Assembly: GCF_009914755.1 (NCBI RefSeq)
Contig: NC_060943.1
Reading direction: 5' to 3' (one strand)
DNA from: the human T2T-CHM13v2.0 reference genome, Homo sapiens
Length of the DNA stretch: 64,000 bases
In this document: positions 1 through 23,184 of the stretch, one piece after another
Layout of the letters: each line of letters opens with the position of its first letter
Numbering within the stretch: the stretch's first letter is position 1
Program-made: the position numbers and the translations under genes
Notes under the pieces: model-generated
The model's database searches: none
What the model saw: the letters and a program-made list of their open reading frames with translations, nothing else
What the model was told of the DNA's origin: nothing

Positions 1-164
1 CCGAGATCTCACCACTGCACTCCAGCCTGGGCGACAGAGTGAGACTCTGTCTCAAAAAAATTAAAAAAAAGGCCGGGCGCAGTGGCTCATTCCTGTAATC
101 CCAGCACTTTGGGAGGCCGAGGCAGGTGGATCACGAGGTCAGGAGATTGAGACCATCCTGACTA

Positions 165-365
<201 letters not shown>

Positions 366-429
366 TTAAAAAAATAAGAACAACAACAAAAAAAACACAA
401 TCAAAAAAAGATACGTGAGTGTAAAGTGA

Positions 430-1183
<754 letters not shown>

Positions 1184-1346
1184 CTGGGGACCCCGGGGAG
1201 GCATTCGGGGAGCTGCATTCAGGGAGCTGCTGCCTCCATGGCAGTCCAGGCAGAGAGTTGAGTCTAAACCTGGCTCTGGGTTCACGAGGCGGTGGGAGGT
1301 GGAGAGCCACAGGCAGTGGGGTATGGAGCTCCACAGATGTGGGTAG

Positions 1347-1562
<216 letters not shown>

Positions 1563-2762
1563 TGAGTACCTGGGACTACAGGGGCACGCCACCACACTTG
1601 GCTAATTTTTGTTTTTTTTTTAGTAGAGATGGGATTTCACCCGTGTTGGCCAGGCTGGTCTCAAACACCTGACCTCAGATGATCCACCTGCCTTGTCCTC
1701 CCAAAGTGCTAGGATTATAGGCATGAGCCACTGTGCCTGGCGAAGGGCCACATTTTCAAAACTGTGAGTTGTGAGTCCTTTTTTTTTTTTTTTTTGAGAC
1801 AGAGACTTGCTCTATGACCCAGACTGGAGTGCAGTGGTACAATCATGCAATCATGACTCAAACTTCCAGGCTCACCCTCCCACCTCAGCCTCTAGAGTAG
1901 CTGGAACTACAGGCACACACCATCATGCCCGGCTAAGTTTTAAAATTTTTTGTAGAGACAAGATCCCACTGTGTTGCCTAGGCTGGTCCCAAATTCCTGG
2001 GCTTGAGCAATCCTCTGTGAGGCCTCAGCCTCCAAGAGTGTTGGGATTACAGGCGTGAGCCACTGAGTCCAGCCAAAACTGTGAATCTTGACCCATTAGT
2101 GAGTCCAGGAAAATACTTAGGAAGTTGCAAGGAGAGATATTTAGGAGGAAGAATGGACAGGACTTGGAACCTGATGGGCTGTGAGGGGTGAGGGAAAAAG
2201 CCTAGATCTCTGGCCCTGGAGACAGGGTACATTACATGGTAGGGCCGGCCAAGATGGGGACTTGAGGGGTAGCAGATGTGGGGGTAAGATGCTGAAGTGG
2301 TTTGGGATGTGGTGGGTATGAAAGGCCTGGGGAGGTTTGGGGAATGAGGAAGAGCATCCAGGAACCCATCAGGTATGTGGAAGAGGGCTGGAGGCAGAGG
2401 CGGAGTGGAAGCTAAATTTTTGTTTTGTTTTGTGTTGTTTTAATGCTAAAAGAAATGGATGCAACAAGCATATCAAGTGCTGCCCTAGGGCTGGGCCTGG
2501 TTGCTCATGCCTGTAATCCCAGCACTTTGGGAGGCTGAGGTAGGAGGATTGCTTGAGGCCAGGAGTTCAGGCTGCAGCGAGCTATTATCTTGCCACTGCA
2601 CTCCAGCCTGGACGACAGAGCGAGACTCTGTCTTTTCTTTTCTTCTTTTTTTTTTTTTAATTTAAAAGATAGAGATGAGGTCCTGCTACATCACCCAGGC
2701 TGGTTTTGAACTCCTGGGCTCAAGTGATCCTACTGCCTCAGCCTCCCAAAATGCTGGGATTA

Positions 2763-3164
<402 letters not shown>

Positions 3165-3214
3165 TCAGAGCTTCCTTTCTAGCTGGGGATGGTGGATGGA
3201 CAGGAAGTAGCTCA

Positions 3215-4225
<1,011 letters not shown>

Positions 4226-4611
4226 ACCAGAGACATAATAAACAACTCAGCCATGTGGCATGTTAGATGGTGGTAAGTGCTAAGGAGGTAAGAAAAGTAG
4301 AGATGGGTTGGAGGGATCAGGAATATGTGGGTGGGAAGGCCTCGGGGAGGTGGCGGCCTTTGAGCAAAGGCTTGCAAGAAGTGGCAGAGTAGGCCATGTG
4401 AGTATCTGGTCCAAGAGCTGTCCAAGGAGCCGGAAGGGTGCGTGCAAAGGCCTCGAGGCCAGAATGTTCCAGAAGTGTTCGGGGAACAGCTTAGAGGCCA
4501 AAGTGGCTGGAGAAGACTGAGCAAACGGGAGAGGGTGGGAAAAGAGCCAGACTTGGGTGAGAGGCAGATTGTGTGGGGCCTTGTGGGCTGAGATGAGGAT
4601 TTTGGCTTTTA

Positions 4612-5100
<489 letters not shown>

Positions 5101-5201
5101 TCACTGCAACCTGCGCCTCCCAGGCTCAAAGATTCTTGTGCCTCAGCCTCCCAGGTAGCTGGGATTACAGGTGTGCACCATCATGCCTGGCTAATTTTTG
5201 A

Positions 5202-5693
<492 letters not shown>

Positions 5694-5945
5694 TAGGAGG
5701 GAAGATTGTTTGAGGCCAGGAGTTCGAGGCTGCTGTGAGCTATGACCACTCCACTGCATTCCAGCCTGGGTGACAGAGCACGACTTTTTGCGGGAGGGCA
5801 GAGAGAAGGAGAAACTGAATGATAAACCTAAAAGTGATCTCTCAACATTCTTAGTACAAATTAAAAATAAAGACTTTTGTTAATAGTGCGATCTTGGCTG
5901 GGTGCAGTGGCTCACTCCTGTAATCCCAGCATTTTGGGAGGCCTA

Positions 5946-6276
<331 letters not shown>

Positions 6277-7856
6277 CTAATCTATGGTCACCACTCACCA
6301 GAACCCCTGGAACCCCACGTGTGCACAAATCCAGTTTCAGAGACCAACACAGTGGTAGGCACTCTTGGCCACTGTGGGAGTGTGAGGTGCAGAGACAAAG
6401 CCTTGGCCTTATATACTTCAGAGCACACTGGGGACTCTGTGAGGCTCTAGGTCTATCCTTAGTGGATCTAATTTTCCTTCCCTGGTTCTTTGTGGGTGTA
6501 GAACTATTCCCCTACTCTCTCTCCTAAGCCCAAAGTGGTGCTGGAGGGAAGAGGCCGTTCTGAAGCATTTGCTTCTCTGCATGGAGTCTCCCTGCTGTCT
6601 TCTCTGATTTCCTCAGGGGTGGGCGAGATGGTGTCTGATGCACACGGGCGCCACGCACAAGTCTCCAGTGGCCCCTGCATGCCCACTCTGCCTCTTTGTA
6701 TCTTCTCTGAGCCCAGGAGGCTGCCCTGTGTGCTCTCCATCTGCCTGCCTGCCTGGTCTCAGGTTCATGGGAGGTAACTGCAGGAATGGGGCAGATGCAG
6801 GAGAATGACCAGCCGTCCTGCACCTGGCCTCGACCTGTCCACAGCAGCAAAGCTCTCTGTACCTCTTCCCATAACTCTCTGCATGCAGCCTTCTCACAGG
6901 CTCCAGGCCGGACTTTGACACGCACCTACTTCAGTCCAGACTCCCTGGATGCCTCCCCAGAGCCCCAGTGCATTCCTTTCCTGTAGCTGTCATGACAAGG
7001 TACTGCAAACTGAGTGGTTTAAAACAAGGGAAACGGGCCGGGCGCAGTGGCTCACACCTGTAATCCCAACAGGCATGGGAGGATCGCTTGAAGCCAAGTG
7101 TTCGAGACCAGCTTGGGCAACAAAGCAAGACTCCAGCATGCCTGACTATTGTTTTGTATTTTTTGTAGAAACGGGTTCTCACTATATTGACCAGACTAGT
7201 CTCAAATTCACGGTCTCAAGTGATTCTCCCACCTCCGCCTCTCCGAGTGTTGGGATTACAGGCGTTAGCCACTGCACAGGGCAGGGACCACAATTTTCAA
7301 CACCTCGCCAATGGGGTCTGGGAGCTCAAAGTTTAAGAATTACCAAAAAGCCGGTCCTGGAAGATCCCGGGGGTTCACAGGGCCAGAGAAACCCATAGAC
7401 ATGACATGAAAAGGGAATGGGGATCAAGGCGAAGGCACGGGAGGAATTTGAGAGCCAGTTCATAGGTGGCGGATGTATCAGGGGCCGGCTGGGAGGGGAA
7501 CCCAAAGCCCCTTCCTGTCCTGCCTCCGGGTTCCCCGTGTTGGATCTGGCCAATGCAGCTACCTGCTCCTTCACGCAGCCGCTGAGGACAAAGCCAGATG
7601 AGAGGATGGAAACAGAGGCCTGACGCAGTGGCTCACGTTGTAATCCCAGCACTTTGGGAAGCCGAGAAGGGCAGATCACCTGAGGTCAGGAGTTCAAGAC
7701 CAGCCTGGCCAACATGGCGAAGCCCCATCTCCACTAAAAAAATATATATGTATATATATAAAATTAGGCGGGTGTGAGGCACTCTGGAGCCTGAGGCAGG
7801 AGAATCGCTTGAACCCGGGAGGCAGAGGTTAGTTACAGTGAGCCGATATCGGGCTA

Positions 7857-8057
<201 letters not shown>

Positions 8058-8352
8058 TTAGCCGAGCGTGTTGGTGGGCGCCTGTAATCCCAGCTACTTG
8101 GGAAGCTGAGGCAGAAGAATCGCTTGAACCTGGGAGGTTCAATGGTGCAGTGAGCCGAGACCGCACCATTGGCACTCCAGCCTGGGCAGCAAGAACGAAA
8201 CTCCATCTCAAAAAAGAAAAAACAAAAACCAAAAATAAAAATTACCTGGGTGTGGTGGCGTGCACCTGTAGTCCCGCCTACTCGGTCACCCCGTCTCTAC
8301 TAAAAATACAAAAATGGCCAGGCGTGGTGGTGCATGTCTATAATCCCAGCTA

Positions 8353-8463
<111 letters not shown>

Positions 8464-8678
8464 TCAAAAAAAAAAAAAAAAAATTAGCCAGGCGTGGTGG
8501 GGCGCACCTGTAGTCCCAGCTATTCAAGAGGCTGAGGGAGGATAATCACTTGAATCCGGGCAGTGAGCCAAGATCGCACCACTGCACTCCAGCCTGGGCG
8601 ACAGAGCAAGACCTTGTCTCACAAACAAACCAAAGACGGAAACAGATACAGCCATTTCAAAGACGACTAGAAAACCTT

Positions 8679-8684
8679 TTTATT
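8679..8684 (-). terminator. NANOS2: NANOS2 polyadenylation signal AATAAA (3'UTR about 8660-9717)
   Basis: TTTATT on the + strand. On the minus strand it is followed by a GU/U-rich element (GGCTGTATCTGTTTCCGTCTTTGGTTTGTTTG). The intervening ~1.05 kb contains no Alu. Confidence 0.8.
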
Positions 8685-9717
8685 CACCAGAGCTCAATAC
8701 TCAGGGTCCCGACCCTGTGCCAAAAACTGAACAACTTAAAATCTGACGGGGGCCCTTCTTCTCTTTGCCCCTAAAATAAAAGCTAGGCCATTGCCATTCC
8801 CATCCGGGTACTCAAACCCCCTTCTTATCAGCGGTTCCTTGACTTGAACGTTGGAGGTTGAAAAACACAGGAGGAAAAAAAAATGTCCTTTAGTCAACTA
8901 TCACGATTTGGGGGGTCGGATGGGAGGTGGTCGAGAGATATGCTTCTCGCTGGGGGAAAGGACCCATCGGTGATTTGGGGATGGGGGCAGGTACCGGGTG
9001 CAATGGGCTGAACAAGGGGAAGAACAACCAGGGGGCATTGAAAGGTGTCAGCTCACCCCACGGCTCTCCATCCACAGGTGAGCCTGCGAAGACACGGTGC
9101 CCTCCAGTGATACGGTGCTCTCCAGAGTCCTACTCCGCTCCTGACGGATGGGTACTGAGGTCAGGGAAGGAATGAACAGGCGTGGTCCACGATGACACCG
9201 TGGTTCTGCAGGAGGCTGAAGATGGAGAAGGCTGGTCTTAAGTCGACATCCCATCTTGAAGTTCTTGAGTAGGCACTTCTCAGCCAGCCTTGTTCAGTAT
9301 CTCCTAAGGGCTGGCTTGGGACAGCACCGTGGAATCCTGGAGGTTCAAAAATCCAAGAACTCCACAAGGAACAGAGAAGTCGAAGGGGCAGGGCTCCAGT
9401 CACCAGCAGGCCCCACGAGGACAAAAGATCCATGAACCGGGGCCCAGAGGGCGCTACAGGGCCGTGCAGGAAGGGTTCCCGCGGCACCAAGGACCCTCAG
9501 GCCAACGCCCACAGGCCAGAGCTCCGAGGGCTGACAGGTCCAAGGGGGCGGGGCTGGCCTGGCTCCCAGCAGCCTCCACTGTTTCAGGATCCAGCCAGGG
9601 TGGAGTTCTGGGGGCCAGAAATTCCAAAGGGCTGGGTGACTGGAAGAGAGAGTTTAGGGACTTGGGTGGGATGGACCAGGAGGGTCAGGGGTGCGGGTGG
9701 TGAGCATCTCACGATGC

Positions 9718-10134
9718 TCAGCGCTTGACCCTGCGTCCGGCCGAGTTGCGCCCGCTGCGGCGGTAGAGGGACTGCTGGCCACCGTTAAGCGGGCAGTACT
9801 TGAGCGTATGGGCCTGGTCACCGGTGGCCCCGCACACGGGACACACGTAGTGCCTCAGGATGGGACACACCACCACGCCATCCGGTGTCTTCAGCTGGTG
9901 TGAGGAGTAGACGTGGCGGGACTCCCCGTTGTGCTTGCAGAAGTTGCACAGGGTCCCCAGGCCCCCGTTGGCCCCTGGCGCCCCCAGCCCCTGATCCTGC
10001 CCCAGCGGAGGCCCGGGACTTGGCTCCTCAATCTCTTGGGTCTCCAGCCTTTGACCCCGACTTGCGATCAGCGCCCACACCACCTGGCTCAGGTTGAAGT
10101 AGTCCTTCCACATGTCGAAGGGTGGCAGCTGCAT
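9718..10134 (-). CDS. NANOS2: Nanos C2HC-type zinc finger 2, single-exon CDS, 138 aa (male germ-cell RNA-binding translational repressor)
   Basis: ORF MQLPPFDMWKDYFNLSQVV...CNFCKHNGESRHVYSSHQLKTPDGVVVCPILRHYVCPVCGATGDQAHTLKYCP...RRVKR*. It has the N-terminal CNOT1-interacting motif (FDMWKDYF) and two Nanos CCHC zinc fingers. The ATG is at 10132-10134 in context GGTGCCATGC. Confidence 0.97.
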   Translation of the reverse strand: MQLPPFDMWKDYFNLSQVVWALIASRGQRLETQEIEEPSPGPPLGQDQGLGAPGANGGLGTLCNFCKHNGESRHVYSSHQLKTPDGVVVCPILRHYVCPVCGATGDQAHTLKYCPLNGGQQSLYRRSGRNSAGRRVKR

Positions 10135-10243
10135 GGCACCAAAGCAGGGGTGGTGGGCCACAGGAGAGGGGCTGGGGCTGGGGGCCCGTGGGCAAGGGCA
10201 AGAGCAGCAGGCGTTTCCCAGAGCAGAAGGGAGCTGCATCCCC

Positions 10244-10250
10244 TTTTATA
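10244..10250 (-). promoter_or_regulatory. NANOS2: NANOS2 TATA box (TATAAAA); inferred TSS about 10215-10222
   Basis: Minus strand reads CGTTATAAAAGGGG about 110 nt upstream of the start codon. Confidence 0.8.
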
Positions 10251-10538
10251 ACGCCCAGAGACTCTTCTAAGCAAAGGTGGAGCTTAGGATTTAAAGGGCT
10301 CACTCCCTGCCCATAACCCCCATCTGACTTTAGTTCTTCACAGAGATGTGGAAGGAGGTCATTCCCCTGATCTCTGGTCCCAGCTCTGCTGCCAAGGTGC
10401 TCTGTGACCTCTGGGAAGACACTTCCATTCTCTGTGCCTCAGTTTCCCTATCTGTTCAAAGAAAGTCCATGTCTGCAAATATCCCCCACCCCTAGGCTGG
10501 AGGGGCTGCACCCTTCATAGACTTCAGAGTTATTCCTA

Positions 10539-10849
<311 letters not shown>

Positions 10850-11539
10850 TAGCTGGGATTACAGGCGCCCACCACTAAGCCTGGCTAATTTTTTTTTTTT
10901 TTTTTTTGTATTTTTAGCAGAGACAGGGTTTCACCATATTGGCCAGGCTGGTCTCGAACTCCTGACCTCAGGTGATCCACCTGTCTCTGCCTCCCAAAGC
11001 GCTGGGATTACAGGCGTGAGCCACCGCACCCGGCCTAGTATTTTCATTTTACAGAGAAAGATATGAATCTTGGAGAGGTTAAGGAATGTATCCAAGGTCA
11101 CACAACAAGGAAATGGCAGAGTCGGGTTTCATAATCACTCTGGGAACTGGGAATTGATGTTAAAAGTGGCAGAGGAACTTGGCACAGAACAATCTCACTT
11201 AGAATGCCCCCTCTTGGGCTAGGCATGCTGGCTCACGCCTGTAATCCTAATATTTTGGGAGGCTGAGGCTAGAGAATCACTTGAAGCCAGAAGTTTGAGA
11301 CCAGCCTGGGTAACATAGTGAGACCCTGTTTCTACATATAATACAAAATCAGCTGGGCATGGTGGCATGTGCCTGTAATCCTAGCTAGTGAGGAGGCTGA
11401 GGCAGGAAGATCACTTGAGCCCAGGAGGTTTAGGCTTCAGTGAGCCATGATTGTGCCACTGCAGTCCAGCCTGGGCTACAGAGTGGACCCTGTCTTTTTT
11501 TTTATGAGATGGAGTCTTGCTCTGTCACCCAAGCTGTAG

Positions 11540-11800
<261 letters not shown>

Positions 11801-12149
11801 TAAAAAAAAAAAAAAAATAGCCCTTTCTTGGCCCCATCCATTGTCTTAAATCCTTCCTGGCCTTTGGAACGAGCAAAAGCCTCATCTCCCGCCCACCGCA
11901 CCTGGGGTTCTTCTTCCACCCACAGTCTCCATGGGCCACCTTGATATTCAACACATAGTTACTGAGGCTCCATATTGGGTGCTGGAAATTCAGCAGTGAC
12001 CAAGGCTACCTTATGCCTGCTTCATGAACGAGTTCAGGAGAGCGACCAGTAAATGAGAAAACGCTAGACTGTAAAGACCTGCTGGCCTGTGAACCGGGTG
12101 TTCTAAGAGTGGCTGGCTCAGGAATGGGACTTGGAAGCTGAGACCACTA

Positions 12150-12311
<162 letters not shown>

Positions 12312-12398
12312 CTACTAAAAATACAAAAATTAGCAGGATGGGCACAGTGGCTCACGCCTGTAATCCCAGCACTTTGGGAGGCTGAGGTGGGCGGATCA

Positions 12399-12941
<543 letters not shown>

Positions 12942-12959
12942 TCAGACTCTGCAAATCTC

Positions 12960-14289
<1,330 letters not shown>

Positions 14290-14577
14290 TCATCTATGAA
14301 ATGAAGACACAATTGAGACAATAATCATAGGCACACTCATTACTGAGCATCTGTGGGCTGGCACCATGCTCAGGGCCCGACCTGTGTCATCTGTAAATCC
14401 TCCCAGATCCTGTCAAATAGTCTGTTAATGGTCCTGTTTTACAGATGAGCAAAGGGAGACTTAGAGGGGCTCAGGAGCTTGTCCAAAGTCATATGGACAG
14501 TAAGTGTTAGTCTGGGCTGGGCACAGTGGCTCACACCTGTAATCCCAGCACTTTGGGAGGCTCAGGCGGGCAGATCA

Positions 14578-15068
<491 letters not shown>

Positions 15069-16423
15069 TCAGATACAGAGCAGATGAGACCTGTCAGCCA
15101 CCGATGGACATACTCAAGAGCAGAAGAGACTGTGGTCGGCAGAATGGAAGAACAGTACTCCTGGGGAGGCACCACGACGGGCATGGGGGTCCCTGTGCTG
15201 AGTGCTTTCTGCAAAGTCACAGCCTTGACTTTCCTCGTGGGAGGTGTGAGTTCCCTGTGTGTGCAGGGCCTGGACCCAGTAACCCAGTGACAGTGGTTAC
15301 AGCTGTGGCATCTGCGGGATGTCTGAGAATGATGTAAGGAGAGGCCGTTCCCAGGCTCCATGGCTCCCCTTAACAATTGCACCTATTGTTCGGAGAACCC
15401 CAGATACTGCTGGCTTGGGAGTTTTTTTTTTTTTTTTCTCCTTATTGTTTTCTCCCTAATTGTTTTCTTCTAGGATTCTGTTATTTGGGCCATGGCTGCT
15501 TTCCACCCCCCAACTCCAGTTTTATTGGATGAGTTGATTGAAAGATACCCCTTATCCTTCTTCAGACAAGCTCTCTTTCCCTGGTGTGGTTGCTGCTCTG
15601 AGTTAAGGGAACGGGAGATGATACTGACTAGAAATTCATCAGCCCCGGTGTTTACTACGTCCTAACCTCCGCCCCCACCCCAAGGCCACGACCGCTGTCT
15701 GCTAACCTGACGCCAAGGTGCCCTGTTTATTTGTGAGTTTCCGTCTCCGCCTGATGCCTGGCAGAAAATAGCTCTTGCTGGGGGTCCAGAGACGAGTGGG
15801 GAGGGGAAAGAGTTAGAAACCCCGAGAAAGTGTGGGGAGAAACACGTAAATGGGCAGCAGTGACTCCCAGAAAGACCGAGGGACCCGCTGCGAGACCGAG
15901 AGACCTGCTCATGCGGGGACCAAGACAGGGGAGATGAAGACCAGGGGGAGAGAGACCCCGAGGGCCAGCGAGGTCACCATCATCATCATTGTCCTCATGG
16001 TCTCTGCTGCGTGCTTGCCTGTGCCATGTCATTAAATCCACAGACAGCCTTGTCAAGTATCTTGTAATATCCTCATTTCACAGAACAGGAAACAGGCTTG
16101 GAGGTGACATCTGTCATGGAGTGATTCAGTGAGGCTGGACTGAAATCCAGATCTGGGGCTGGGTGCGGTGGCTCACCCCTGTAATCCCAGTACGGGAGGA
16201 CGAAGCAGGAGGGTAGCTTGAGCCCAGGAGTTTAAGGCCAGCCTGGGCAATATAGTGAGACCCCCATCTCTAAAAAAAATTAAAAATTAGCTGGACTTGG
16301 AGTCATGCCTGTAGTCTGAGCTACCCAGAAGGCTGAGGTGGGAAGATTGCTTGAGCCCAGGATGTCAAGCAGTGACCGTGCCACTACATTCCAGTCTGGG
16401 CAGACAGAGCAAGATCCTGTCTC

Positions 16424-16439
<16 letters not shown>

Positions 16440-16486
<47 letters not shown>

Positions 16487-17253
16487 AAAATTATATGTTG
16501 TATATATTTATATAGTTATATATAAGTAAATATATGCTATTTTTATAGAATTATATGTGATTTATATATATTTATATTTTTATATTACACATAATATATA
16601 ACATTAATATAGTAATATATATTCATAAATATATTTGCATTTACAAAATACTATATATCAACATTGATGATTAATAATATATTAATTATATATTTATAAT
16701 ATATAAATATTATCAATATAATATAAAAGGTATATGGGTACTTATATAAAATATAAGATATTTTATATCTTATATATAAGATATTAAATATCTTATATTT
16801 TATATATTAATATATATTAATATATATATTTATATCTTAATATATAATGTTTTATATTTATATATTTATATATTCATAAATTTAAATATATATTTATAAT
16901 TTATATTTATATATTTATTACATATAAATATATATTAATATTAAGACACATTTATTATTAAAATATAATATGTATTTATTAATATTTATATTATATATTT
17001 ATATGTGTATATTTTATTTATGTTATATTTATACTTTTTATATATTTATATTTCATATATAATGTACAACTGTAATATTTATATATTATAAATTTATATA
17101 TATAAATCTATATATAATATAATATATATTTATATATAAAATATATAAAATATATAGTTATATACATAATATAAAAATATAAAATACATTTATATTTGTT
17201 TATATTTTATTGAATATGAATATGATAATGTATATCAAAATTATATATATAAT
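16440..17253. repeat. (TA)n microsatellite followed by ~770 bp of almost pure A/T low-complexity sequence
   Basis: About 20 perfect TA units start at the end of an Alu tail, followed by degenerate TATA repeats. The tract resumes at ~17545-17628 after another Alu. Confidence 0.95.
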
Positions 17254-17429
17254 TGGCCAGGCATGGTGGCTCACGCCTGTAGTCCCAGCACTTTGGGAGG
17301 AGAGGTGGGCAGATCACCTGAAGTCGGGAGTTTGAGACCAACCTGGGTAACATGGTGAAACCCTGTCTCTACTAAAAATACAAAAATTAGCTGGGCGTGG
17401 TGGTGGGCGCCTGTAGTCCCAGCCACTCA

Positions 17430-17582
<153 letters not shown>

Positions 17583-18316
17583 TTAATAATTATATACATA
17601 TACAATAATAAGTGTTATGTATATTTTTCAGGTTGGGCTATGTGCTATACAGAAGAAATAAAGGGGGCAGTGGTTAGGAGCGGCCTTTTGGAAGAGGTAC
17701 CATTTGAGAAGAGTCTTCACGGATGTAGAGGAGGGAGCCTTGTTGATACGTGGAGACGTGCGACCCAGACAGAGGGAGCAGCCAGTGCAAAGGCCCTGAG
17801 GTTGGACCATGACTGGGTGTTCAGGGAGGCGAGTGTGGCTCCGGTGGATTGACAGGGAGAATGGGAGGGAGTGAGCGAGAATGCACGACCCGGTGGGCCA
17901 CAGTAAGGACATTGGGTTGTGCTTTGAGTGAGGTGGGAGTGATGGGCGGGTCTGAGCAGCAGCGGGGAATGCTTTGACTGAAGATCTAGCAAGATTTCTC
18001 TAACTGCCCTGTAGGGGGACAGACAATGGGAGTTGAGGGCAGAAGCTGAGAGCCCAGTGAGGTTAAGGCAAGAGGTGATGGTGGCTGGACTAGAGGGAAG
18101 GCAGAGAGAAAGTGTCGAGGAGTGGCTGGGTGTTGATTACCGCACAGCAGCAGAATGAGATTTCTAAAATATAAATCAGATCGTGTCACTCCTCTTGCTT
18201 TAAACTTACTCTGATTCTCTATTATCCTCAGAATAAAGTCCCAAAACATTACTGTGACCTACAGGCCCCTAGGTGATATGTGTCCCCTCTTCTCACCTTC
18301 CCTGGGATCTCTATGA

Positions 18317-18661
<345 letters not shown>

Positions 18662-18729
18662 TGAGGCTAAAGGGTGAGCCGCCATGTTTTTAAAAATATT
18701 TGCCTAAAAATGTTTTTAAAAACATTTGC

Positions 18730-19911
<1,182 letters not shown>

Positions 19912-20097
19912 ATATACATTCTTAAAGTTATTTTTGCAAGGTATAAAATTCTACATTATTCCTTCTTTCCCTGTGTACATAAGATATTTAAAAATATATA
20001 AAATTCTACATTAGACGTTCTGTTCTTTCAGCACATTGAAGATTTCATTTTACACTCCTGTGATTTCTACTGGTGCTGTTGAGAAGTCACCATTTAG

Positions 20098-20358
<261 letters not shown>

Positions 20359-20792
20359 TGACCTCAGGTGATCTGCCTGCCTTGGCCTCCCAAAGTCCTG
20401 GGATTACAGGCATGTTTGGAATCTGCTGGCCTCCTCTAGTTGTGATCTGGTGTCTTTCATCAGTTCTGGAAAAATTTCAACTACTCTCTCTTCAGATCTG
20501 ATCTCTGTCCCCTTCTCTCTCTCTTTTCCTTATAGGATTGCTAATTTTTGTTTATTTTCAGTGGAGATGAGGTTTTGCCATGTTGCCCAAGCTGGTCTCA
20601 AACTCCTAGACTCAAGCTTCTCAACGTGCTGTGATTACAGGTGTGAGCCACCATGACTCATGACTGTTTTAATACTGGTGTCTGATCTCCCAGCATCTAA
20701 AGTCTGAGCCACACCTTTTCTGTTCTTTTGATTCTTATTGGTGTCATATTTCCCTGTGACCTGATTATGTCGGCCTGATGATTATTGACCTT

Positions 20793-20823
<31 letters not shown>

Positions 20824-21787
20824 GTGGAGTCTCCCTCTTTTGCCCAGGCTGGAGTGCAGGGGCGTGAACTTGGCTCGCCACAACCTCCACCTCCTGGGTT
20901 CAAGCGATTCTCCTGCCTCAGTCTCCGGAGTAGCTGGGATTACAGGTGCGTGCTACTATGGCTGGCTAATTTTTGTATTTTTAGTAGAGACGGAGTTTCA
21001 CCATGTTGGCCAGGCTGGTCTCGAACTCCCAACCTCAAGTCATCCGCCTGTCTCGGCCTCCCAGAGTGCTGGGATTACAGGTGTGAGCCACCGCGCCCGG
21101 CCGACCTTTGCATTTAACTGGGGAATTTCCCCTGGGCCTGAGTTGAATGCATGGATTCCAGGGTCTGTGTTTGCTTTGGTTAGGCACCCCTCAGACACTT
21201 CCAGTTACAGCCTCTCCAAACATGGTTCTGGTTTCTTGTTCCTTGACTCATCCAGTTATCTACACTGGGGGTGTCAACACTGTTCTTGGGCCATTCTGAA
21301 GCCACAACTTCTCAGGGACTTTTTTTTCTTCCTTATCCCATTCTGCTCAGTGTTGATGCTGCTACCTTTGGAGTTGGGACTTGGAGTTGGGACAGGGACA
21401 GGTTTAGGTCTGGCTCGAACTCACTCAGCAGAAAGCACTTTGGGGTCCCAGCTTAGTGAAAGGAGGGTCTTTCTTTGCACTTCCTGTCTAAGCCAGGCCC
21501 TGGAGGCCACAGTACTGAAATCCAATCATATGCTCCCAGCAAACCCGTTGAAGAAACAACCACCTTTTTTGTGTTCTTCTAGCCACCCTGTTTACACTGC
21601 ACATTTTACAGGTGTTATGTCCTGTCTTTGCATTTCATCAGTGCTTTCTTTTAACTTTTTATTTGGAGAGAATTGTAAAGTCACAAGTTGTCATAATAAA
21701 TAATGGAGATCTTCGTGTCCTTTCCTCAGTTTTCCCTGATGGTAACATTTTCCACAACTGTAGTACAATACCACAACCAAGATATAG

Positions 21788-22080
<293 letters not shown>

Positions 22081-22826
22081 TAGTCTTGAACTCCTGACCT
22101 CGTGATCCACCCGCCTTGGCCTCCCAAAGTGCTGGGATTACAGGCGTGAGCCACTGCGCCCGGCCAATAAATGTATTTTTTTAAATGACTAGGTACCTCC
22201 TGAGAAGGATGCAGCTCCATTTCCCTACAGTTGGAAGCTCATTGGTTAAGAGAAAGAACAGTGAAGAGAAAATGGGGTTGAGATGGCCGCAGCTTTCTGG
22301 AGAGTAAAGCTGAGTGGTCAATTACTTCTGGCCAACTGAGGGCCCTACTCTGCTCCAAACCGAAACCATAATCCCCCACTGTGGCCACTCCAACTCTAGC
22401 CAGTAACTCACCGGTCTCTTTCGGTTCACGTTGCCTACCTGGAGGTGCTTGATCTTTCCACCTGCAGGGAGAGCAGCTGAGAAATGCCAAAGCATGGGTC
22501 CTGTTCCTGGCTTGTCTGTGGAACTAGGGGACACCCATGTCTTACCTCTCCCTCCTCTTCTTCCTTAGGGATCTGAGCTTCTGGTTCAGCTGAGAGTGGG
22601 GTGAAGGTCAAGAGGGAGATCCCCGATAGTAAGGTTGGAACTGAGGATGAGGATAATGGTGAGGCAGGGGGCTATGAGAATTGGCACTGGTCATACAGGT
22701 GGTGACCAAGAAAAAGGACAGAGAAGGCCATAGAGATGGAAGAATTGAAATAAAACGAGCGTGGGGGCCAGGCACGGTGGCTCGCCTGTAATGCCAGCAC
22801 TTTGGGAGGCCGAGGCAGGTGGATCA

Positions 22827-23033
<207 letters not shown>

Positions 23034-23184
23034 CTAAACAAAAACAAAAACAAATTCTGGAGAGTGAAAAAGATGGGGGGGAAAAACAAACCAAGGAGAC
23101 AGAACACACACGAAGACAGCAAGTGAGATTATACATGCACGTAAAAACAGAGATGGACAGAGAGAGAGGGCGTGCAACCACGGG

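Noticed and set aside
10135-10239. 35-aa N-terminal extension of NANOS2 (173-aa ORF), which also begins MQLP
   Set aside because: Its ATG (10237-10239) is only ~5 nt downstream of the TATA box and so upstream of the expected TSS. The known protein starts at MQLPPFDMW.
15372-15390. Inverted SOX-like pair AACAAT-N7-ATTGTT about 5 kb upstream of NANOS2
   Set aside because: Short motif in probable old repeat sequence with no corroborating cluster.
20840-21703. 287-aa ORF, and the many similar [14 protein letters not shown] ORFs
   Set aside because: Alu-derived and old-repeat-derived reading frames, not genes.
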